64,000 bases of DNA from Mytilus californianus. Taxonomy: Eukaryota. The notes under the pieces were generated by a model. That model saw only the letters and a list, made by a program, of their open reading frames with translations, ran no database searches and was not told the origin of the DNA. Positions 13,425 through 25,373 of the stretch are shown here, one piece after another (the first letter of the stretch is position 1; each line of letters starts with the position of its first letter). Made by a program: the position numbers and the translations under genes. The stretch lies in the NCBI RefSeq assembly GCF_021869535.1, contig NW_026262668.1, positions 58,962,001 through 59,026,000 of the forward strand, in the 5' to 3' direction.

Positions 13425-14130
13425 TTCACTTTCAGATATATTGATGATGTTCTGTCACTCAATAACCAACATTTCAGTGAGTGCAAGTATCTTATATATC
13501 ACAGTTTAAGATTAAGAATACTACTTATACAAGAAGATCTGCTTCAAATCTTGATCTTTTTCTCGATACTGATGCAGATGGACGACCTAAAACTAGACTC
13601 TATGACAAAGTTGATGAATTCAACTTTCAAATTGTCAACTTCCCATTTTCACTTGTGACGTACCATATGACCCATCGTATGGCGTTTACATATCTCAATT
13701 AATACGCTACGCTCGTGCAGGTTCACACTATACGGACTTCATTCACAGGGGTGTGCTACTTACACAACAAATGAAACAACATAGTTATGAGGCAAAACGA
13801 CTGAAATCAACATTACATAATTTCTTTTGTCACATTCACGAATTGGCTGACCGATACGATGTGTTTGTATCTCATCTCACTAGAAACATGTTTTCGCTCT
13901 GTTTGGTCTTTAGAAACCAGAATAAATTTTGATCTGTCATTTAACGGATTTTTTCCTATTCCCAATTGTGACATTATGACTGACAGTACGCATAGCAGGA
14001 GATATTTGGCTTGTCGATGCACCCTGTATCGCTTCTCCTGGAGTTCATGTAGTACCCTAAGTTTTTGTTTGTTACCTTGATTCGTATTTTCTGAATCGAT
14101 TTATGAGATTTCAACATCGGTTAACTACTA
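13425..14130 (+). mobile_element. Penelope-like element reverse transcriptase remnant
   Basis: Frameshifted translation from 13431: FRYIDDVLSLNN...IKNTTYTRRSASNLDLFLDTDADGRPKTRLYDKVDEFNFQIVNFPF...YGVYISQLIRYARA, typical of the PLE RT C-terminal half. Confidence 0.85.
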
Positions 14131-14280
14131 CATTAACGGTAAGCGATGTCATGTCAGAGCAATAGTCGTAAATGAATTATAATCAACTATATAAGGTATA
14201 GCGAACATACCCATCAATATGGTTTGATAATGGTTTTGATAATTCTAATATGAATATATTCCATGACTAACTATGATGAA

Positions 14281-14375
14281 AGGGCCTCGGTGGTTGAGCT
14301 GTCTAAGAAGTTCATCTACAGTAATCTCTAGCCTGTCGACACTAATAGTGTCAGTTAGAACACCGCTCGTGGCGA
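14281..14375 (+). mobile_element. Degenerate tRNA-derived SINE head
   Basis: GGGCCTCGGTGGTTGAGCTGTCTAAG...GTTAGAACACC has A-box-like and B-box-like remnants but does not fold into a cloverleaf. Confidence 0.4.
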
Positions 14376-16649
14376 AAAGCTGTGGATTTTTTTTGGAAAT
14401 TATTAATTTCACTTTCAATTATTTACACTAACAACTTTATAATTACTTTCTGATCTTTAACTTTGTATTTGATTTGGCTTTCTAACAATTTTGATTCGAG
14501 CGCCAACGATGAGTCCTACGTAGGCGAAACGCTCTACTTGCATAACAAACTATAAGACTGGTATTTTTGGTGTGTTTTTTTTAACAAAGACCAGAACAAC
14601 ATTGATTTTAATAATTAAAGTTCCTCTAATAAATCACCCAAAATGATAGCAAATACAGAAATTATATAAAGCACTACACATGTTATAAAGCAATGAAGTT
14701 ATGAAGGATTTTCATATACTGCGAACAAGATGAAGCACTGTGCAAACATGTCGGTACCTGTATTTAATATATTAATTATTGTATCCATCACTTTGCATCT
14801 GCGTCTTTTGGTGGATGAGCTCACACTGCTGGGTACTGAATCCTGATGAATTCTTTGTCTTAAAGTCGGGAAATATTGTAATTGTCAGCTTTTCCAATGT
14901 CTTCAAAAGGCGTCTTTCGTCGGATACAAGGTAATAAGTTGCAAATAAAAACGTTAACCACAGGAAGACGGTGCTTGTAGCATTGTTAATTGCTGTTTAG
15001 TAGTAGATAGAATCTGTCTGATTACAATTTTTCTTGGTGTTGTTGAGGCAGGTACATGCTCATGGAGAAGAAGCGTTTGCAGATGACCTCTTATTTTCAT
15101 GGCAGTTAAGTAAACACTTGATAGTCAAATATACATAAAAACATCTAGAATGGACTAGTTTATAGCAGTAGTTAGCCATCATCTATCTTGTCACTTCATT
15201 CTTTGATAGATGGTTGTGTTGTGGACTGAATTTGACTAGGTCACCCTCCGTGGTTGCCTATCTTTAATGTTAAAAATTCTTCTTTTTTTAAAATTTGAAC
15301 ACATTTGAAAAATATGTAATTACTAAATTGAACAATAAATTGAGAGGAAAACAGTAACTTCTAAGTTACATTTTTTAAATTTAAATCTACAGGTAACATG
15401 CATTTACTTTTAATAGAAGTCATATTTTACTTACATTTTTCAAATTTAGTTAAAGATAATCTTGTCAAAAATAATGTATATTTCTGTATAATGTTCGTCA
15501 ACATAATGCATTTTCCTTGCAAACGTGCTAGGGCTGTTCCAGAAATATACAAGGGTAGGGGTCGTGATAGAAAAGCACATTTTATTTAACCCCTCGCAGC
15601 ATGACATTTTAATTGATTTTTCTATCATTGTTCAGGCTCTTTTTCTAAAATATTGTCACCACCCTTCAAATATTAAATCACAGTGCAAGCGACCCCTTTA
15701 AACAACTTGTGCAACATTGATTGTCAAAACCATACAATTTTCCTTAATTCAGTGGTGTAATGAAGTATTCTTTGTGAGATCTTACAATATATAAATATGA
15801 CTACAATTCAGAACTAAACTTTTATTTAACAACACACCTTTTGTTTTATATATATAAGTAATTATAATGGACAAACCAGGATGACACCGACTTTTATCAA
15901 CAAATGTATTTTTTTCCATGTTTTAGTAGGTCATTTTAATATTCAATAGCTAGAATATGTAACTTTGCTGTATTCTGCAAAATGAAAAGAAATAAAAAAA
16001 ATAAAAAAATGAGCCCAACTGTTGTTTGTAAATTGTTGGATAAACTTGAATCAAATATTTCAAGTGTCATAGAAACTTAAATAAACCTACCGATTATGAT
16101 TAATAGCTTTATATCATACAGTGTACACAGTAAAGGTTCTGTAAAAGACATAGACTATAAGAAGATAGCAATGGAGCAATTGAAAGTCATTAGTCGGAGA
16201 AATACACGACCAGAGAAAAAGTAGAATAGACAACAAAACAATAACAGTCCAAAATGTACAACATACAAAACAAAAGAGAAACATATAATACCCACGTAAA
16301 ACTGAATGTAAACTTAGATGCTCCGAAAAGCAGTTTGTTTTTCTCGTAAGTTGCACCCGTTCATTTCATTAAAAGTAAGTACAAATCATGTGATCAGTTC
16401 CATTGGTGTTGTCATGTTAGAGGAACTGAAAAGTAGTCATCAACGACAAAAATAATCTAAACAGTCAACAAAAACATATTGGAGTCCATAAAACTTCAGA
16501 AGATAAGAATAACAGTAGATAAAAAGAGTTGGTTTCAGTATTACCAGTTTATTACTATTGATTCAAAAGCTACATATTAAGCAGTAACTCTTTATCAAGG
16601 AAATCATGATAGGAAACGCAACTCTTGGAAAAAGGGGAATTATATACTT

Positions 16650-16890
16650 CTGATGCAGTTGCTACACATACCAAAGATCCGGAATTGGCAAATTAAAAAA
16701 AAAATCTGTTGCCGTCAGGTGAAATCTAATTCGAACATTACTGTTAAATTTTATAGGCAAGACAATGTATGAAACAGACCTAACTGTATGTATAGTATCC
16801 TTTATTTCAAGTTTAACAGAAAATATGCGATCAATATATTCACCAAACTTTGAATTCTGACATTTTAATTTCATTTTTTCCTGACTTTAT
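16650..16890 (-). mobile_element. Penelope-like RT remnant
   Basis: ORF 16662..16874 contains NSKFGEYIDRIFSVKLEIKDTIHTVRSVSY, the same RT block as 13425-14130. Confidence 0.65.
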
Positions 16891-17159
16891 CAACACATTC
16901 AGTGTTTTTAAACGTTTTAAATGTTTTGATATAACGTTTTATTATTAGAATATGTAATATTGCTGACATCTCGCCCTTGACCTTTGACCTTACTTGGTGG
17001 AAATAGCACCGTACGAATTTTTGTTATACCCCTGATAAGTATGATATGCTTTAAATTGTTAATGGTTTAGCCGTGAGTTAGATGGTTATGTTTTTAATTT
17101 CAATTATAACTATATAAAAAACTCGTTAATATCATAAGACTCGTCATGGACTCTCAAAT

Positions 17160-17560
17160 AAAGACAGTTGGAAGGCGAAATCAAAAACGAAGATTAAGAG
17201 CGTTGAAAACCAAAAAATACCAAAGCATCGTGGCAAATACAGCCAAGGCTATGTATGCTTGGGGGTAGAAAACGGTAGTGTTTCGAAAAAATCATATTTT
17301 TTAAACGAATGTACACAAAATTACCGTATCAATGGTAATTCTTGTCAACACAGACGTACCGACAACTGGGCTGGTGATACCTTCGAGAACGACTCGTAAG
17401 TAATTTACAGACAATTACACTCAATTGAAATCTAGAATGAGGTTTGTTTAAATAAACTCATCAAAGATTAAAATTAAAATTTTGTATGTCAGGCGCTCGT
17501 TTTGTCTACAAAAGACACTTCGGTGACGCTCGAATCAAAAACGTTGAATAGGCGAAATAA
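17160..17560 (-). mobile_element. Degenerate retrozyme-like repeat copy
   Basis: Contains the family block CTGGGCTGGTGATACC and a decayed hammerhead at ~17489-17529 (minus strand GTCA-CCGAAGT-GTCT-TTTGT-AGAC-AAAA). Confidence 0.55.
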
Positions 17561-18409
17561 AGTACGAACACATCAATAAATAAGTTTTATTTGATATCGA
17601 CCGTATCGATAGTTAATAAAGTTGATTTCGTCAAGAATGACATGCATGAATTAGATTGCACCTTTGTACATAAGATATGAATCATTGAAAATTGTGCTAG
17701 GCGTTCATTAGAATATATAGAGGTCTTCGTTTAAATATCAGTCAGGGTTTCTTTAACCGAGGGTTGCTGTTTACAAAGTAGCTCCTGAACTATAGGATCT
17801 TAATGGTATGAAGTTGAAGTAATACCATAAAACGTTTTAGTTCGTCATCATACCTTAGTTGACCGTTATGAAACGTGTGTCACATATAACCACCGATACA
17901 TTAAAAATGTATAGCCTTAATCCCGACCTTTTTCTTATTCATGACTGATCAGTTGGTGGGTGTCACTAGTAATGCAATACATTCTTACTCTTCAGTTTAC
18001 TTTCTGATAGGGTTTTATTTGCAATGTTATGTGAATAATTATTCTTCCTTTCGTCTTTTTTTCTATTGGCTGCCAATGTGTTGTCTGTCCTATTTTATGA
18101 TTTTTGATTACCTTCTTGCTATCCATTTACGAAGGGGAGGTTTTCCGTAACGAAAGTTTGTCAACACAAATTTCCCAAGTTAATTAAACTTGGTAGAATT
18201 ACTTCATTCCTGACTTATAACATCAGTGTCGATATACTTTTTTTCTTTTTATCTGATAAAGTTTTTGAAATTCCCCTATTAAAGAAACCTAGGACTTAAA
18301 CATTTCTACTTATTTGAGAGTGAAAGCAAAATGTTCCACAGTTTACCATTGAATAGAACCAAACTAAGGCATTGTATCATAGGTCAAATTTATTTGTTCA
18401 GTGTATGTT

Positions 18410-18825
18410 CACTGGTGTTAATATGCCCTTCGATTGAGTTAAGCTATTTCAGTTGATATTTTATAGTGTGTCTTTCTATGTTGTGATGTTACACTATTGT
18501 TTCAGGAAAAAGGGTTAAGGTTTGGTACCATTAAAACGTTTAAACCCGCTGCATTTGTTTGCACCTGTCCTAAGTCAGGAATCTGATGTTCAGTAGTTGT
18601 CGTTTGTTGATGTGGTTCATAAGTGTTTCTCGTTTCTCGTTTTTTATATAGATTGAATGGTTTTACACTAGTAATTTTTGGGGCCCTTTATAGCTTGCTG
18701 TTCGGTGTGAGCCAATGCTTCGTGTTGAAGGCCGTACTTTGACCTATAATGGTTTACTTTTATAAATTTTGACTTGGATGGAGAGTTGTCTCATTGGCAC
18801 TCATACCACATCTTCTTATATCTAT
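18410..18825 (+). repeat. Dispersed repeat family (related copies at ~30875-31000, ~800-890, ~4090-4200, ~47620-47720 and reversed ~55925-56060)
   Basis: Shared block GTTGAAGGCCGTAC.TTGACCTATAATGGTTTACTTTTATAAATT...GGATGGAGAGTTGTCTCATTGGCACTC.TACCACATCTTC. Confidence 0.8.
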
Positions 18826-19149
18826 CAGTAGTTTACCGATTTTGAATTCTCATTAATCGTTTATGAAGACAAATCATAGTAACAAGCAAAAACTGATGAA
18901 ATCGCTTGAACTCTAAAAGGAGTGAGACCCGGTACGTGAACACGGTAAGCGGATCCTAACCTCACATAATTATCTCACAGTAATACAACAATCACTTAAT
19001 TTCATGTGATATCTTGTACAGATTTGATAATTTTTTGTTATGCATCTATTTTTTTTAAAAACTTTTTTTTTTATATTAGTTTTGTATTTTCCAATAGCAT
19101 ATAGAAGTAAATCAAGAAAACTTCTTCGAAAGTATAATTTTCATTTTTT

Positions 19150-19420
19150 AGCACTGGCTTGATACCACTGCTGGTGGAATGTTAGTCCTCGAGGGTTTCG
19201 TCAACTCAGTAGTCAGGGATTCGTTATTTTCAACATATTTTTTTTTATTTCTCAATTGATAAATTAAGAGATTATTAAACATCTAAGTTTCCGACTCTCT
19301 CAGGCAAAGTTGACCTTCGATAACTTTGGTCATTCTTTTAATGTTCTTTTGGTCATAAATGTTCTCATGTTCATCATTTTTTTTTTTGGTTAAAGCGTTC
19401 CTGATGAAGATACATTTGCA
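19150..19420 (+). mobile_element. Degenerate retrozyme-like repeat copy
   Basis: GATACCACTGCTGGTGGA...CCTCGAGGG family block, ending in GCGTTC-CTGATGA (5' half of a hammerhead; the 3' half is lost). Confidence 0.5.
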
Positions 19421-21776
19421 TCATCACGTATATTTATTCTAGGCTCAAATCTAATGTTATTTGAATTCGGATGTCAAACTATCTATCCTCAAGTGGTTTG
19501 TCACTGTCATTTAATCCGGAATTTTTGTGAACGAAACCGATATTGTTGTCATATCGGATTTACAAAATCGTACCATATTGCAAAGATCCTATAAGGCTGA
19601 ACTATTAAAACAAAAAACAAAATGAAATGAAATTTCATTTACATACATTTAACAAATCTTTTCCGAAAATTTAAAATATACTATACTGATCATGATGGAC
19701 ACTTTTGTATCAAATCAATCTATTCAATCCTATATTGCTATACAAAATATAAGCAGAGACTTCCAAATCAATATTAAAACGGTATGAAACAATTATCGTA
19801 GTGACTATTAATAAGAAATGATTATTGTAAAATATTGATTACGTTTTTCGTGAGATGCAAGGTCCTTGTGAATTGAAACCATGCAAGTATTTTTTTTCAT
19901 TCACTACAGTTTGAATTTAAGATATTAATTTATGTGTGTGCATCCCTGATAATTGGTGGTCACATGTTGCATATAATTTTCATAATATTTTCACTATTAA
20001 AACCTGTGAAACATAATATAACATTATTAATAATTTGAATAAATATTCCCTTGATCTGATAGTATCTTTTAATGAAATTAAATATTTTTAACAGAAATAT
20101 CGTTTAGTTTTAATTCTCTTTTCTTTCCAACATTTGGTTACATATGTTGCATATGCCTCTACAAAACATCACTGGCTTAACGTTCAGAAATAATCAGTTT
20201 AATCTTGGACATAATATATTGTCAGTTTACTATTCCCATGTTTTTCCTCAGATGCACAATAGCACGTTGTATTAAATACTCCATACACAACGCGTACAGT
20301 GACCGTCTCAAAACATAAATTATATAATTGCTTTATCATTATACGTGATATTTGATAAACATTCACATCAAAACTCATATGTTCTGTCAAATGGCAAAAA
20401 GGTTGGAATTTATAAATGATTTTTTTCTGCAATCTAGTCTTTACTGCTTTACTTTCCAATCTATAACGAACTTTGATTGTTGAAATATACAATGTCACGT
20501 GATAGCCTATACATAGAGGGACCGTATTAAAAAGATAGAAAACTATCTGTATAAACAATCGAATATTTTCGAGGCATTCCGAGAATCTTGTTTCCGAGGA
20601 TATCTGAATGGCCCATATAAGCTTCCAAAACTCACCAATATATAGGCCTTGACGGGTTCACGCAAAAATCATGAGTACTGTTGTTTGTCTAATTGTTATA
20701 AATAAAACAGGGAGGAATATAATTATAAAAACATATTGAGTTTAGTTTTGAATATTGTAAACGGTATATAATGGTACATAAATGGAACATTTCTTAAAAA
20801 AGAATTGAAAAGAGGGCAAATGTGTAGGTAAAATAGCATTTAAAACTTGTTAACCTACGAGGCAATGTTTTTTATGGAACAGTGACTGTTGATATATGAA
20901 GCAAAAGAAATAAAAAAAAAAGTAAAAAACATTTACATCCCTTTTACTAATCATGTTAACATTTAAAGTGGGCTAATATCAAATAGGAAAATAACAAAAA
21001 TATCGAACTCCAAGGAAAATTCAGAACGGAAAGTCCCTTATCAAATGTCAAAATCAAAAGCTCAAACACATCAAACGAATGGATAACAACAGTCATGTTC
21101 CTGACTTGGTACAGGCATTTCCTCACGTAAAAAACGGTGGATCAAACCTGGCCCTATAGCTAGCTAAACCTCTCTCTTGTATGCCAGTCGCATACAATTC
21201 TATTATATTGACAACAATGTGTGATCAAACCCAACAGACATAATAGGTTAAAATGTCAAAAATAGGGGTACAGCAGTCAACATTGTGTTATAATCTTAAT
21301 CACTATAAAAACAAACAAATATGTCAAAAAAGAAAAACAAAATGGCACATAGACAAAGCACATAAGCAAATTTAAAATGAAAGACAAGAATACAAAAAAT
21401 GACCATTGCACAATAACACGCCAAAAAGATATTACCAAAAATGGACTAAACAGTAAAGGTTAATAATTTACAAAGACAAATAAAAGAACACTATAACACG
21501 TAATTAAGATGATAAACAACGTCAGTACCTAGAATCTATACTTCAAGACCATCATGTATTATTTGTGAAGTTGATACGGAATATTTATCAACTAGGTCTT
21601 GGTATCTTCCGATGAATTTTGTTTAGCAAAAGGTCGAGACGTTCTTTGACATAACCCTGGTTCATCAACTTTCAGCTCAGACACTGGTGACTTTTTATAA
21701 AAAAATCATTATTACAATGAGAGGCTAATTTTGTTATGTCACTCGAAGATTTGAATATGTTCTTAATTGGTCAGAC

Positions 21777-21859
21777 AATACTTGGTCATGTTTTAGGAAC
21801 ATTTAAAACCCTCGGCTACGCCTCGGGCTTTCAATATTCATAAAACATGACCAAGTATT
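21777..21859 (+). repeat. 83-bp palindrome with TC/TC apex
   Basis: 35-bp arms with 4 mismatches around CCC-TC-GGC-TAC-GCC-TC-GGG. Confidence 0.85.
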
Positions 21860-24210
21860 ATATAACCTATAAGTATAGTTGCTTTATTGTGTATATTAAA
21901 TAGGATGAAACAGGGAGCCATACGTCTATTTTCCAAAACCAATTTTTGTTGTTATACCACTTTTTCAGTGGAATGCTTTTATTTTTCTTAAATTTGAACA
22001 TTTGACATCGTTCTGCATTCTTTGCACATTTTTCCCTGAGAGTTCGCGATGAAGGTTAGCATTTTGAATACAGCAAACTTTGTAACTAACTTTTACTACT
22101 GTCTGTAATGTGCTTGTCAGTAATCTCTTGTCTGTTGTTTTCGTATTTCATATCTTTCTGTATTTCGGGATACATTGTTGTGAGTTGAAGATCTTGCATT
22201 GTTTCCTTTAAATCTATCTACACCTGTTATATCGTGGATGATTTTCAGCTTGATATATTGTTTATGTATATACACCTGTCAATTATTGAAGACTGTATGT
22301 TGCCATCTAGATGCTTTTGGAAATATTTGTCGCTGTGTTGTTGTTTCATTGAAGTATATTCCACATCATTTTATTCGTACATCTGCTTTAATTATTGCAG
22401 ATCACATCAATTGCGGCAAAAAGTTTCATTGACTACACTTGATGAAGCTTATAGTCGTCACAGTTTAATATCAGTCTAGTATAAAACATGCTTCTATGTT
22501 ATGTTCAATTGAAGATGATGCATTTTTGTCAATTAAATAATATCAGATTATTACATGGCATTTTTCATATCAGATGTATTATCAGCCCTCGAGCCGAAGA
22601 TATGAAAAATGACATGTTATGATCTTTTTATCATATGCTTCAACAATGGAGAAAGATAACAGTTTACTATATTGATCCTTTTAAGTGGTTCTCAGGTAGA
22701 AGTTCAAAAAGTGAAAAGTTTACGGACGACAGAGGCCAAATGTAAATATCCGATATGAAATCTTTCTATCATATGCCTCAACAGAGGAGAAAAACAACAG
22801 TATAATATAGTTTTATATTGACGGTAAAAAAATCAACAAAACATAATGAACATTGTTTGGAAAAGTCAATATTTGTAAAGTAACTTGCTAAATTATGCTG
22901 GAAAGTTTGAAAAATGCATTTATTATATCATTTATTTTGCATTTTACATATTATATTTTCCTGTCTCCGAATATTTGTTTTGTACCCTCCTTTGTTATGT
23001 TTTTCACTGAAAACGTACCATTGAGGTGTATTTTCCGGAATTTGCCTGGTAATGTCGGAATGCCATGCGATAACGTTACGGAAAGGCATGCGATAATAGC
23101 CGGAAGCAGTTGATAATTTTTTCATACAGCCCGCTAAGCACCATTTCGGAAAATATGAAATTCACGTAAATTTAATGCTATTATCATACTTTAAAAATTA
23201 TAAGTTATTTACTCTAAGTAAATGATAAATAATGATACATCGTTACATAATATAATGTAATCATCTAAGTACTTTATAATGTAAATTAAGGATAATGTAC
23301 CCTTTTGTTGTTTCAATGCTAAACATATGAAAATTTTATAAAATTTCAACAGCCTTTCCCCTTGTACTCGTTATTTGACAATTCGGTGCTAAATAGAAAG
23401 AGGATTATTGCATGCAGTGCTAGCAATGATTTCCCTAAAAACAAGTATCTAAATAAAGATATTGGTTAAAACAGGTATAAAAACAGACTTATTCAAGTAC
23501 AGCTTCTACTCGACTGTAGTGGATCAACACGAGGTTTTTTGGATGGTAAAGGTTGTTTAGGATTTTTTGTCGAAAATAAACGCTAGCACATCATGGACTA
23601 ACAAATGAGTAATCTATGTTTACAATTACAATTAACGAAAATCTCTGTAATGAAGTCAGCGGTTTTTTTGCCAAAAAATTGGCTTTATTAGCCACCAAAT
23701 CCCCATTTTCTATTAAATGCAATGAAATAGTTAGTAGAATTGCTTCGAACAACGTTTCCTTTTAGTATGTGTACAAAATGGCACGCCACTTTTATACTAA
23801 AATTTTATAGTTTTGATATTGTAGCACTTAGGACTACAGAAGGGGTCATAAACTTTCAGCATTACATTTCTTTTATATACATTATCCAAATTTAAAGATA
23901 TTATCGCTATCTTTCTTGATCTGAAAGTATGAATTTTATGTTTAAGAATTTCACGTTTCACTTAATGCTGTTAAAATCAACGTGTAGATGGTAAGCTATA
24001 TTTGTTTGCTTGACAAACATTTGCTCAGGTCAAATAACACACAAAACATAATTTATGTCACAAGAAGGAATAATCCTACGTTCAAGGTTGCGTACTAAAC
24101 TGGAGGTACATATCATTCATTATATGTATGATTTTATATACATGTATCTATTGCATATTCAAATGTAAATATATTTCGAAGGAAAAATATCAATGTATGT
24201 ACATATGTAG

Positions 24211-24775
24211 CCTGTTATCGAAGATTGTCCTAAGATCTGACCTAAAATATATATCTTAGGACATAGTTAAGGATAATTTTAGAACCATCTGAGTCTTAAC
24301 ACAGGTCTGAGAATGCACACCGAAGATCTCTTAGGACTATCTTAAAAAATGCATCCCAATTCACCATTATAATAATATCAACAAAGATTGCACATTGTAA
24401 TTTAATGAATCAAAACGAAAGAACGAATATGAATAGAGATTTAAAAGATTTAAATGTAAACATTTTCAACTATATATATTATGATTATGTGGAGGGAGAT
24501 GAATTCTGGTTGTCACGTTACAGAGGTCAAAGGCAATATCGTGCATCTTTCATATAAATATTGAGTAGTTTTACTATTTTTGCCGTAAAAGACATCCTAA
24601 ATTCATTCCTACAGTTAGAATCATATAAAGGTCACAATAAGAGTCCAAACTTAGGGCCAATTCTGAGCCATATATTAAGTTGAAAAATAATGTTTGAAAA
24701 ACCCACTTGAGACTTAATAATGTCCTACATGTACGATAGACCTAAGACCAATCTTAAGACATCTTCGATAAAAGG
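24211..24775. mobile_element. MITE with imperfect terminal inverted repeats
   Basis: Left end CCTGTTATCGAAGATTGTCCTAAGAT versus the reverse complement of the right end CCTTTTATCGAAGATGTCTTAAGATT. Internal CTTAAG/CTTAGG sub-repeats. Superfamily not determined. Confidence 0.55.
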
Positions 24776-25373
24776 ACATCTGTGCATGAAATAGAATCAA
24801 ACCTGAAAAATGTTTTAATTCTTTTCAGGACAAAAGGATTGTATTTGACAATTCCGCTAGAGACAAATACATGTGCAAAGAACTGTAAAACTTGACTTGG
24901 ATTTTTTTATCATCTGAATACTATATATTATGCATTTTTTTAGTAAACTTTTGAATCCTTTTAGTAAGAAATCTTCAGTTTTCCTATTCATATAAATAAT
25001 ATGAACGCTATAGACGTAAAAAGGCTTTTTATCCTGTACAAAGTGCGTGTGCATTTCTCTTCTCATCTCGAAAAACTTCCCACGATAGCCGTTCCGATAG
25101 TGTTAATTCTTTTTGAAATATTGTTACTAAACACACAGACACAGATACAAGAGAATTTCAAAGGTATTCATGGATTCTTCAGAATATCAATTTCAGTTGT
25201 TTTAAAAGATCAAACATACATGAACACATGAGGAATAGAATATTAAATCCTACGTATTGCATTATATATGCACCAATCTCCTGTATTACAAAGTTTCATT
25301 AGATATCCTGAACTGAAATGCAGCAACAGCTATATCTTTATGGTATTATAATGCAAGTTAATATCATTTGCAA

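Noticed and set aside
14281-14375. tRNA gene
   Set aside because: Only degenerate A/B-box remnants with no cloverleaf. Treated as a SINE head.
14760-15260. Possible DNA-transposase remnant
   Set aside because: Composition looks coding-derived, but I could not identify a diagnostic motif in any frame.
22561-22610. Fifth TC/TC-apex palindrome
   Set aside because: The arms pair for only 11 bp and the centre is too degraded to show the apex.
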